This document shows positions 1-11,966 of a DNA stretch of 64,000 bases, piece after piece (position 1 is the first letter of the stretch; the number at the start of each line of letters is the position of its first letter). Under the pieces are notes generated by a model that searched no databases, was not told the DNA's origin, and worked only from the letters and a program-made list of their open reading frames with translations. Location of the stretch: the NCBI RefSeq assembly GCF_009914755.1, contig NC_060939.1. One strand, written 5' to 3'. The translations under genes and the position numbers were made by a program. This stretch comes from the human T2T-CHM13v2.0 reference genome, Homo sapiens.

Positions 1-2018
1 TCTCAAAAACAGAAAAAGAAGGACTTTCCCCAAAGATTCTGAGACCTGTAAAGCAGTATTAGCAGTATTAAATGTTACCACTTACAGATCAGAGCTAGCA
101 TTAAGGTTGTAGCCGTAGGGGGACTGAGAGGTTTTTTTCATTGGTTTTGGGAATAATGGAAGACACACATTTCAGGTACAGAAATATGCAACAACTAGAA
201 CTAAATTTCTGGCATAAAAGGATATTTGTCTGTGTTTGGCTTAACTTTACAAAATGAAAGAACCAACAGTTTCTGAGATTGTTGCCAAAGAACAAGAACC
301 AAATTTAATCAGGAGTATTTTTACAACTATTTTAGTGGCGATGATATGTACCATTTAAATATAGTGTTACTATATTTAAATCAATAGTTGTATGGTACAA
401 AGATAGCTAAAAAAAACAGAAAAGATTTTATAATCCACTCAAGTCTTCAAGATAAAGTTGTTGCCAGACATAAAAACATTACAGACTCCCTGTTAGCATT
501 TATTACGAATAACATAAACGTCATATGTGTACATCTCTCTTGGGCATAACATCTGAAAGGCTGTGTTTAGGTAATTTTTCCACCCAGTTTATTTCAGAGC
601 TGATTTGATTTGGAAACCACTGGACAGTAATTTCATTTAAGGTCAGCTCAATGCCAGAGGCTTCTTTGGGAGCATGCATTATTTGAGACCAGCAAGCCAA
701 GAAATTCCATAGGGTTATGTGATGCTCCCACTTTTGTGTTTTAGAATTGTGTTTGTTCCAGAGCACGTGACATTTCATTTTCCTCTGAATGGACTTCTAG
801 GCAATCAGGTTTTTCCTTAGAGCTCTTTTTACTAGGTGAATGGTAGTTCACTTGAAAATATAGTTTTGCAGGTACCAAAGCTACCTGCCAAGATATGGAA
901 ATGGTTGGCAGGCAAATACGAGAAATTAAAACTGTGGGAACATACATGTGCTACTTTCTTTAGGCAACACTACTTGTTTCGCCAGATTTCTGTTTTATAA
1001 TGTTTACCATTTATTAAATTTAATGACTTCATTTCCTGATTTTTAGGAGACTGTCGTACTCTCAGCAGGACTGGAAATAAGCTAATTTTGAATACTCTTA
1101 AGGAGCCTAACACAGAAGCTTTTAGTGAAAGTCCATTTTGCTTGTACACTCTACTAGAAAGACTTTAACAAGCATGACACATTTTACACTTGTACATATA
1201 AACTTTTACAATAGGCTCAGTAGGTAGATAGGAATGGTCTGATGATGGAACCCTGTAAGTGCCCAATATATTCACTGAGTGAGTAGGTGAATGAGAGGAT
1301 GGATGGCAGTAGGTATGCATATTATTGCAGTAGATCAGGTAATGAATGAATGGCGAGCAAACCAGATGTTTGGAAAAATAGATTTTAGGTGTTGAGAAAA
1401 TATTTTTATAAGAATTTTTGAAATTTTGATATAAAGGTAAAATCACTAAAGATCACCTGTATTTGTTTTTCTCCATTTTAAACCTTGCTGCATGCACATG
1501 GGATTTTTGCATATTTATAAACTTAGATTAATAATTTTTTTCTAATTGCAATATGGTCCTCATAGTTAATAATGGCTAGTATTTCTTCCATCAGTTTTAT
1601 GAACCTTGATTTTCTTAATCATTCCCATGCTGTTGGTTATATCTGTTTATATTTTTTAAATACTTTAAAGTTGCAAAATCCATTTTTGAGATTACATATA
1701 GTATCCATAATATACTCTGACAGTATATAGGTATATGTTCTCATTTATTTTATATTTAATATGTTCTGATTTTATCAAAAGGTGAAAGAATATCTGCCAT
1801 GCCACTGTTCCTGAAATTATGACCCCATAACTCGATGGTTAAGTTAGATTGGTTGGAACATATTTTGGGGATTAAAGGACACTGAACTCAGTAAGTATTT
1901 AGGGCACAGGCACATTGGCTGCACCTTGTAATGGAAAAGAGCTAGGATTTGTTTTTACTTGTATATATGAGGCAGGGTGTAAGTAGACTCTGCCCTTCTG
2001 AAGACAATGAAAAATATA

Positions 2019-2300
2019 GGTGGGACACAGTGGTGTAGGCCCTATAATCCCAGCACTTTGGGAGACCAAGGTAGGAGGATCCCATAGGCTCAGGTGTTGG
2101 AGAACAGCCTGGGCAACATAGTGAGACCCCGTCTCTACAAAAAATAAAACAATTAGTCAGGTGCAATGGTGCACACCTGTAGTCCTAGCTACTGAAGAGG
2201 CTGAGGCGGCAGGGTCACTTGAGCCCAGGAGTTCAAGGCTGCGGTGAGCTGTGATCACACCACTGCACTTCAGCCTGGCCTCAGAATGAGAGAGCCCACC
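2019..2300 (+). mobile_element. AluJ-like SINE
   Basis: taatcccagcactttggga...agcctgggcaacatagtgagacccc; diverged dimer. Confidence 0.85.
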
Positions 2301-2364
2301 TTAATGTTAGCAGCTCAATTGAAGATATTCACTGAGCTTTTTAAAAATCAGGTTTTTGAGACTC

Positions 2365-2710
<346 letters not shown>

Positions 2711-2948
2711 TAGATATTTCATATATCCTAATCTATTTTGAACATCCCAGTATATAGGCAGATATGAAAGGAAAGTAATATCAGAAATAAGAGGAAATTT
2801 ATTTGTATTCTTTTAGATTCGCTTATCATGTGACCTTAGAAGAGCTAGAATAGAAGTGAGTTCTGTCCAACAGAATTTTTGCTCAGAGGTGTCAGTGACA
2901 TCTTCTCCTACAGGCAGTTTTTTAAAAGTGTATTTCATTTCCTCCTAG

Positions 2949-5900
2949 AAAACAAACCTCAAGCAGATGGACAGTCTTATGCCCTTAATGATGACAGCAC
3001 AGGATCCTTCCAGTGCCCCAGAGACAGATGGCCAGTTTCTTCCCTGTGCACCGGAGCCCACGGACCCTCAGCGACTTTCTTCTTCTGAAGAGACTGAGAG
3101 CACTCAGTGCTGCCCAGGGAGCCCTGTTGCACAGACTGAAAGTCCCTGTGATTTGTCAAGCATAGTTGAGGAGGAGAATACAGACCGTTCCTGTAGGAAG
3201 AAAAATAAAGGCGTGGAAAGAAAAGGGGAAGAGGTGGAGCCAGCACCTATTGTGGACTCTGGAACTGTATCTGATCAAGACAGCTGCCTTCAGAGCTTGC
3301 CTGATTGTGGAGTAAAGGGCACGGAAGGCCTTTCGTCCTGTGGAAACAGAAATGAAGAAACTGGAACAAAATCTTCTGGAATGCCCACAGACCAGGAGTC
3401 CCTGAGCAGTGGAGATGCTGTGCTTCAGAGAGACTTGGTCATGGAGCCAGGCACAGCCCAGTATTCCTCTGGAGGTGAACTGGGAGGCATTTCAACAACA
3501 AATGTCAGTACCCCAGACACTGCAGGGGAAATGGAACATGGGCTCATGAACCCAGATGCCACTGTTTGGAAGAATGTGCTTCAGGGAGGGGAAAGTACAA
3601 AGGAAAGATTTGAGAACTCTAATATTGGCACAGCTGGAGCCTCTGACGTGCACGTCACAAGTAAGCCTGTGGATAAAATCAGTGTTCCAAACTGTGCCCC
3701 TGCTGCCAGTTCCCTGGATGGTAACAAACCTGCTGAGTCTTCACTTGCATTTAGTAATGAAGAAACCTCCACTGAAAAAACAGCAGAAACGGAAACTTCA
3801 CGAAGTCGTGAGGAGAGTGCTGATGCTCCAGTAGATCAGAATTCTGTGGTGATTCCAGCTGCTGCAAAAGACAAGATTTCAGATGGATTAGAACCTTATA
3901 CTCTCTTAGCAGCAGGCATAGGTGAGGCAATGTCACCCTCAGATTTAGCCCTTCTTGGGCTGGAAGAAGATGTAATGCCACACCAGAACTCAGAAACAAA
4001 TTCATCTCATGCTCAAAGCCAAAAGGGCAAATCCTCACCCATTTGTTCTACAACTGGAGACGATAAACTTTGTGCAGACTCTGCATGTCAACAGAACACA
4101 GTGACTTCTAGTGGCGATTTGGTTGCAAAACTGTGTGATAACATAGTTAGCGAGTCCGAAAGCACCACAGCAAGGCAACCCAGCTCACAAGATCCACCCG
4201 ATGCCTCCCACTGTGAAGACCCACAGGCTCATACAGTCACCTCTGACCCTGTAAGGGATACCCAGGAACGTGCGGATTTTTGTCCTTTCAAAGTGGTGGA
4301 TAACAAAGGCCAACGAAAAGATGTGAAACTAGATAAACCTTTAACAAATATGCTTGAGGTGGTTTCACATCCACATCCAGTTGTCCCTAAAATGGAGAAA
4401 GAACTGGTGCCAGACCAGGCAGTAATATCAGACAGTACTTTCTCTCTGGCAAACAGTCCAGGCAGTGAATCAGTAACCAAGGATGACGCACTTTCTTTTG
4501 TCCCCTCCCAGAAAGAAAAGGGAACAGCAACTCCTGAACTACATACAGCTACAGATTATAGAGATGGCCCAGATGGAAATTCGAATGAGCCTGATACGCG
4601 GCCACTAGAAGACAGGGCAGTAGGCCTGTCCACATCCTCCACTGCTGCAGAGCTTCAGCACGGGATGGGGAATACCAGTCTCACAGGACTTGGTGGAGAG
4701 CATGAGGGTCCCGCCCCTCCAGCAATCCCAGAAGCTCTGAATATCAAGGGGAACACTGACTCTTCCCTGCAAAGTGTGGGTAAGGCCACTTTGGCTTTAG
4801 ATTCAGTTTTGACTGAAGAAGGAAAACTTCTGGTGGTTTCAGAAAGCTCTGCAGCTCAGGAACAAGATAAGGATAAAGCGGTGACCTGTTCCTCTATTAA
4901 GGAAAATGCTCTCTCTTCAGGAACTTTGCAGGAAGAGCAGAGAACACCACCTCCTGGACAAGATACTCAACAATTTCATGAAAAATCAATCTCAGCTGAC
5001 TGTGCCAAGGACAAAGCACTTCAGCTAAGTAATTCACCGGGTGCATCCTCTGCCTTTCTTAAGGCAGAAACTGAACATAACAAGGAAGTGGCCCCACAAG
5101 TCTCACTGCTGACTCAAGGTGGGGCTGCCCAGAGCCTGGTGCCACCAGGAGCAAGTCTGGCCACAGAGTCAAGGCAGGAAGCCTTGGGGGCAGAGCACAA
5201 CAGCTCCGCTCTGTTGCCATGTCTGTTGCCAGATGGGTCTGATGGGTCCGATGCTCTTAACTGCAGTCAGCCTTCTCCTCTGGATGTTGGAGTGAAGAAC
5301 ACTCAATCCCAGGGAAAAACTAGTGCCTGTGAGGTGAGTGGAGATGTGACGGTGGATGTTACAGGGGTTAATGCTCTACAAGGTATGGCTGAGCCCAGAA
5401 GAGAGAATATATCACACAACACCCAAGACATCCTGATTCCAAACGTCTTGTTGAGCCAAGAGAAGAATGCCGTTCTAGGTTTGCCAGTGGCTCTACAGGG
5501 CAAAGCTGTGACTGACCCACAGGGAGTTGGAACCCCAGAGATGATACCTCTTGATTGGGAGAAAGGGAAGCTGGAGGGAGCAGACCACAGCTGTACCATG
5601 GGTGACGCTGAGGAAGCCCAAATAGACGATGAAGCACATCCTGTCCTACTGCAGCCTGTTGCCAAGGAGCTCCCCACAGACATGGAGCTCTCAGCCCATG
5701 ATGATGGGGCCCCAGCTGGTGTGAGGGAAGTCATGCGAGCCCCGCCTTCAGGCAGGGAAAGGAGCACTCCCTCTCTACCTTGCATGGTCTCTGCCCAGGA
5801 CGCACCTCTGCCTAAGGGGGCAGACTTGATAGAGGAGGCTGCCAGCCGTATAGTGGATGCTGTCATCGAACAAGTCAAGGCCGCTGGAGCACTGCTTACT

Positions 5901-6126
5901 GAGGGGGAGGCCTGTCACATGTCACTGTCCAGCCCTGAGTTGGGTCCTCTCACTAAAGGACTAGAGAGTGCTTTTACAGAAAAAGTGAGTACTTTCCCAC
6001 CTGGGGAGAGCCTACCAATGGGCAGTACTCCTGAGGAAGCCACGGGGAGCCTTGCAGGATGTTTTGCTGGAAGGGAGGAGCCAGAGAAGATTATTTTACC
6101 TGTCCAGGGGCCTGAGCCAGCAGCAG
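2949..6126 (+). CDS. AKAP13: AKAP13 giant coding exon (exon 7; 3178 nt; about residues 288-1347), phase 0 to phase 1
   Basis: Acceptor tttcatttcctcctag|AAA at 2948/2949; donor GCAG|gtaagc at 6126/6127; stop-free frame (ORF 2967..6152); Ser/Glu/Pro/Ala-rich protein containing DLIEEAASRIVDAVIEQVKAAGA. Confidence 0.97.
3438..3464 (+). other. AKAP13: HA-3 minor histocompatibility epitope region, M allele (VMEPGTAQY)
   Basis: gtc atg gag cca ggc aca gcc cag tat; HA-3 is V(T/M)EPGTAQY from Lbc/AKAP13 (M452T). Confidence 0.85.
5823..5891 (+). other. AKAP13: Coding segment for the PKA RII-binding amphipathic helix (Ht31 peptide)
   Basis: Translates DLIEEAASRIVDAVIEQVKAAGA, the classic Ht31 AKAP-disruptor sequence. 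Confidence 0.96.
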
Positions 6127-9100
6127 GTAAGCAAAACATAATACAAAATTAACAGTCTGAGAAGCAGATTCCCTTAAGAGTCACTGTGGTGTCCTGGTAA
6201 AAATATAGGCATCTTTGTTGTTTTGAGGCCTTGCACTCATTGGGTAGGTAGCCAAGTTAATAGTCACCACCATCAGGAGGGGCACGTCATCTCAGGGTTG
6301 GACAGATTTTGCTTCCTGTATTGTAGACTTACTGCTTGGTTGCTTAAGCTTATAAACACTCCTGTCTCATTCTGGAGTGGTTGCAACTTTGCAAACCTAG
6401 AAAACAATGCCTAGATCACAGGTACTCTAAAGTGGTGAAAGAATTTAGCAGATGTTTTTATTCACATGGCTTAATCCTTTTCTCTAGTACCATAGAAAAC
6501 AGTGCCAAAAAGCTGTGTTTTATCTACAAGCCTGAAACTCCCTTCCTCCCCTATCATCCTAGTCTGTATTCTGAGCAAATTTAGAGTCAGAGTGGTTTCA
6601 TGAACAGCTGTAAGTATTGTTCTGAGCTGACTTCCCAACATCCAAAATGGTGGTATTAGGTCATTGGTGGTTTTTTTTTTGTTTGTTTTTGTTTTTTTTG
6701 GGCTAGGGGTGTTGTTGACGGGGAACTCCTTCCTTTTCCTGCTTGGGGAGTGGACCTCTAGTTCCATTGCCTGTTGCTTTTGGGCAGCAGTCTGAGAATT
6801 CAAGACCCTGCACAGTGCAGGGGATAGGATGCAGGATTTCCGCCCAAGCCCAGTCTGCTGAGCTGCTGTCACAGGGCAGACCTTGTGTCTGCTTTATCTT
6901 GGTGAAGCAGCTGCACTGAGCAGATTGCTCACACAGCAGCCTGTTCCATCTGTGGGTAACCATGTTCCGAGGCAGCAAAGAGAAACCGCTATTGCTCCGT
7001 GGAAATAAACTATCTGAATAAAACTTCTTAACGGGGGTTGAGGCTGAAGCTGAAACGGGAGTCGGACACGATCTTGGCTCCTGAAGTCTTTAAAGGTCAG
7101 TTTGATGCACACTTCTATACCACCACCTGTTACCAGCTGTAGACAGAAGACCTATCTCCATGCTTGCCCCTAGGCTTTTGTAGGTAAGAAGCAGCCTGTT
7201 TTGTCTTTATTGTTTATTTTTGCTGTTCTTTTCAATTTTTGAAAATCCCTTTACACATATGTATTAAGAATGTGGGGGAGGGTTATGGAGAGAAATGAAT
7301 CAATGGAGCAAAAGAAGTTGCTTTGGAAGAAGCGCAATTTAAATACAGTGGTTATTTTCCCTGGTAAAGGGCTTTTAGCCGTTTATAATCTTTTTCCTCC
7401 CCAGTTGAGGGATTTAAGGAATCCGAGGTAGAATTTTTGATGACTTTAGCTTTTTAGTTTTATTAATGTTTTGGATTGTTAGTGATAGATACTTGCTGGC
7501 TGTTGTCTCAGGATTTAAATGAGGTCTCTAATTTTTAAAAAAAGCCACAACAACAAGTCTATTTTGGGGGCCCTGGCAGGTTGGCATTTCAGAAGAATGG
7601 GAGTGGCTGTAAGCTGATGCCTGGTGATGTTCTTTTCATTTCGGTGCTGCGTCCTTGGCCACATGGGCCGGAATTATTTCTCTTTCTGGCTCAGTGGTCA
7701 GAATTTGACTCAAGCAAGTGTGAACTCTGTGGGGATTGTGTCTGTAGTATCCTATGAGAAAAAGTAAAAACCAGGGAGAATTTCAGACTTTGATTTTTAT
7801 TAGCACATATAGTAAAGATGGTGAGAAATGACGGATGTTTAGGATTTTGAGGTTTTGAGAAGGAAGAAAAATGTATGGACTTTCAGCAGTATATATGGGC
7901 TTGAGGTTGGTAAATTTTGTGTAGGTGAGTTACTTGTCCTGTTACCAAAAGGAGTCATACTCATGGTCTCAAACTGCAGAGGAACTCTGTATTGATGGTC
8001 TCAGACTACAGAGAAAGTAGCCAGTCATGAAGAAATTGGTACTTTCTTCAGAAAATGGCCAGGATTGGGAAAATCCCTGGTCACATTACTTTAGAGAAAA
8101 AGCACCTGAGTGTGATCTCAGAGCCAAAGGGTATTTTCTATCAAGTTTACATTCTACTCATAGATTTAATCATACTGTTTTGTGAGTGAGAAGACATAGG
8201 TTTAACTGCTGATTTGGAAGGAGCCAGTTTGAAAGAAGGGGATGTGGCCCTTGACCCACCAAAAGCATTGACCACAGTGCTTAGGAAATCAGTGATGCAT
8301 GACTGAGCCACGCCAGTCCTGCAGAGGCTGCCGACACCCGTCAAGTGTGAGTAATCACTGTTTTCTAGTGTGACTGGTTGCTGTGCCAAGATGCATCTTT
8401 TCAAAGTTGATAGGTATAGGAAAGGAAGGAGGTACCAAAAATCACATCCCCAGAGGAAAGCAACCCTCTTTCCCCCCAGAAATTACTCTGACTCACTTAG
8501 AGATGTTTTGATCAAGGGATAGTTCTAAGGGGATTGCTTAGTCAGATTTTAACTTTAATAACATTTTATGAAATTTAACACAGATTTTGGTTCTTTGGGC
8601 AAGGAAACTTGTTTACCCATTTTTAAACTGCTGGTAAGATTATATAATTATAAGGTCAAAGAAGGAAGAAAAGAGGTTCATCTATAGAAATGTAACTCTT
8701 ACAAATTTAAGGTAGACTTTTGTACATGTCATGTGCTCCTAGAATAAAATCTTAATATAATTTATTCTTTGGTGAAAGAAACTTCTGTGCTCTTTAGTGT
8801 GGGGAGCATTTTTCTTGCCAGAGTAGTGGCATCACTAGGTTAATAACCACAGATGCATTTCCACATGAAATCGAGATGACAGTTCCATTTGCATTTGGAT
8901 TATTAAGGTGAATTTTGACTGTTCAATCATGAGTCCCCTTTAAAGAAGTGTCAGAAGCCTAAATTTGCCTCAGACATCATTTATCATTTCCTTCCTGTAT
9001 TTGCTTGACCATGTGGTGGTCAGGTAACAAAAACCACCACTGTTTTTGGTCTGTCAACATGGCCAGCAAGAGGACAACTATGTAATTCTTGAGAAAACAT

Positions 9101-9720
9101 GCGCAGAAACGTTTCTCTTAAGAAAGGGATAGCTAGTCTGTGATTAGGTTTCAGTTTTGGAAGAAATAAGGGTTAAAAATAAGACGTAACTGCTGAGTAG
9201 TTCATTCTTACTGGTTACAGTGATGGGTGGATCAGAGTGTGTTGTATGTTAGTGAAAGTCATACTTGTCCCAGAGGCTTTTTCTCATTCTCAGTGGCTTT
9301 TTCCTTTTTGTTTTGTACAAATCCTTGCTTTTTTGATGATGGCCAAGATGGACTACCTAGCTTCAGCTATTAATCTGTTCCCCTGAAGCTTATGAATTTA
9401 GTTTTCCATATGCAAGTTGGTGCTACACTCAGATTTGTCATAAAAAGTCAATAGTGAAATGGATGTTCAAAAGACATTGAATTGGATCCTCGCTTAGTTC
9501 CAAGCGCCTACAAAGGCTAGGGAAAACCAGTAACCATGCGATAAAGGAATAGCTCAGCATAGGGTCAGAAATGACACTAGCCGCTGACAACAAAAGAATA
9601 CTTTTCCATTTTAACGCAAAAGCAAAACAAAACACATGAAACCTGGAGCATGTTGTATGAATAGTAAGGCACAGGAATCAGTTTTTAAAAATGTACTCTG
9701 TAACCCCCCTGCACTTTCAG

Positions 9721-9842
9721 AAATGCCAGACGTGAAAGCTGAAGATGAAGTGGATTTTAGAGCAAGTTCAATTTCTGAAGAAGTGGCTGTAGGGAGCATA
9801 GCTGCTACACTGAAGATGAAGCAAGGCCCAATGACCCAGGCG
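9721..9842 (+). CDS. AKAP13: AKAP13 coding exon (exon 8; 122 nt): (E)MPDVKAEDEVDFRASSISEEVAVGSIAATLKMKQGPMTQA
   Basis: Acceptor ccccctgcactttcag|AA; donor GCG|gtaagt; phase 1 in matches the previous exon, phase 0 out. Confidence 0.95.
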
Positions 9843-10177
9843 GTAAGTGGCATCAGTAAGTCTATAAGGGCACAAAATGTGTTTATCCTGTTCTGCTGTG
9901 TCTTATTTATGGCTTTGTCTTTTATTTGAGGGTAAGTGGGCAAAATAGTATTTTCCCCCTTCCCTCTTGTGCTGTTATATAAATGTGTTTATGTTGCTGC
10001 AGCTAAGCTTTCATAAATGGTATATACCATACAGCAAAGTTTTGGAATGGGCTGTTACATGTTTTCTTATAGATTATGCTGAAAAACATTTTCCCCTTGA
10101 GCACAAGGCTTTAAGATTTGTCAGTAAGCTTAAATTGTCACAAAATCTGAGCTATCACAAAAGGGGATCTATAGACC

Positions 10178-10522
<345 letters not shown>

Positions 10523-10662
10523 TATAAACCCTTCTTAAACCTGACTCTTCTTTCTTTATATAAAAACTGATAGCCAAAATGAGATTTTTACTTTATAGCT
10601 CAATAGTAACTGTCTAAATTATGAAGTATATCGTTTTCAGCAATGAAAAAACAGGTTCAATA

Positions 10663-10975
<313 letters not shown>

Positions 10976-10989
10976 TCAATCAACATTTT

Positions 10990-11590
10990 TTTTTTGTTTT
11001 AAGAATAGTTTGTTTTGGGATATGATTCACATACCATAAAATCCACCCAATCAAATAAAGTGCATAGGTCATTGGTTTTAAATAGATTTACAGAGTTCTG
11101 CAACCATCGCCACTAAGGCTCTAATTTCAGAACATTATCACTCTAAGAAGAAACCCCAGACCCATTAGCAGTGTGCCTTTCCTTCACTCTTCCCTCCCCC
11201 AGCTCATTAATCTACTTTTGCTTTCTGTAAATCCATAGAGAGATTTGCTGTGAGAGTGTGAAAGTGGCTGTAGATAGTACGTAAACTGCCCGTTCCAGAA
11301 CTTCATGTAAATGGTATAACACAATATGTGATCTTTTGTCTCTGGCTTCTTTCACTTAGCGTAATATTTTCAAGTTTCATCCATGTTGTGGCATTGATCA
11401 GTATTTTATTTCTTTTTATTGTCAAATACTGTTCCGTTGTATAGATATACCACATTTTTTTGTGGATTTGGATTGTTTCCACTTTTTGGCTACTGTGAAT
11501 AATGCTGTTATGTACATTTGTGTACAAAATTATGTGGACATGTTTTTATATACCTAGTGGAGTTGCTGGGTCATATGGTAATTTCCATTT
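10990..11590 (-). mobile_element. L1M (L1MB/ME-like) 3' end fragment
   Basis: ttcacataccataaaat...cttcttTcacttagc...ttcatccatgttgt, typical of antisense old L1 3' ends. Confidence 0.8.
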
Positions 11591-11660
11591 ATTTGGCTTC
11601 AAAAATATTTTTCTTCAAGGTCTTGAGATTATTTTTCTTTGTTTAAAGCTATTAACTTTT

Positions 11661-11966
<306 letters not shown>

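Noticed and set aside
5303-5878. 191-aa antisense ORF and other ORFs overlapping the giant exon
   Set aside because: Shadow ORFs of a coding exon, with no independent promoter, splice or homology evidence
2967-6152. 1061-aa ORF as a stand-alone intronless gene
   Set aside because: It is an internal AKAP13 exon: the frame is open from the acceptor at 2949 and a donor precedes the stop
8190-8306. Coding-looking frame EDIGLTADLEGASLKEGDVALDPPKALTTVLRKSVMHD*
   Set aside because: No convincing acceptor, ATG or recognisable homologue; ends in a stop
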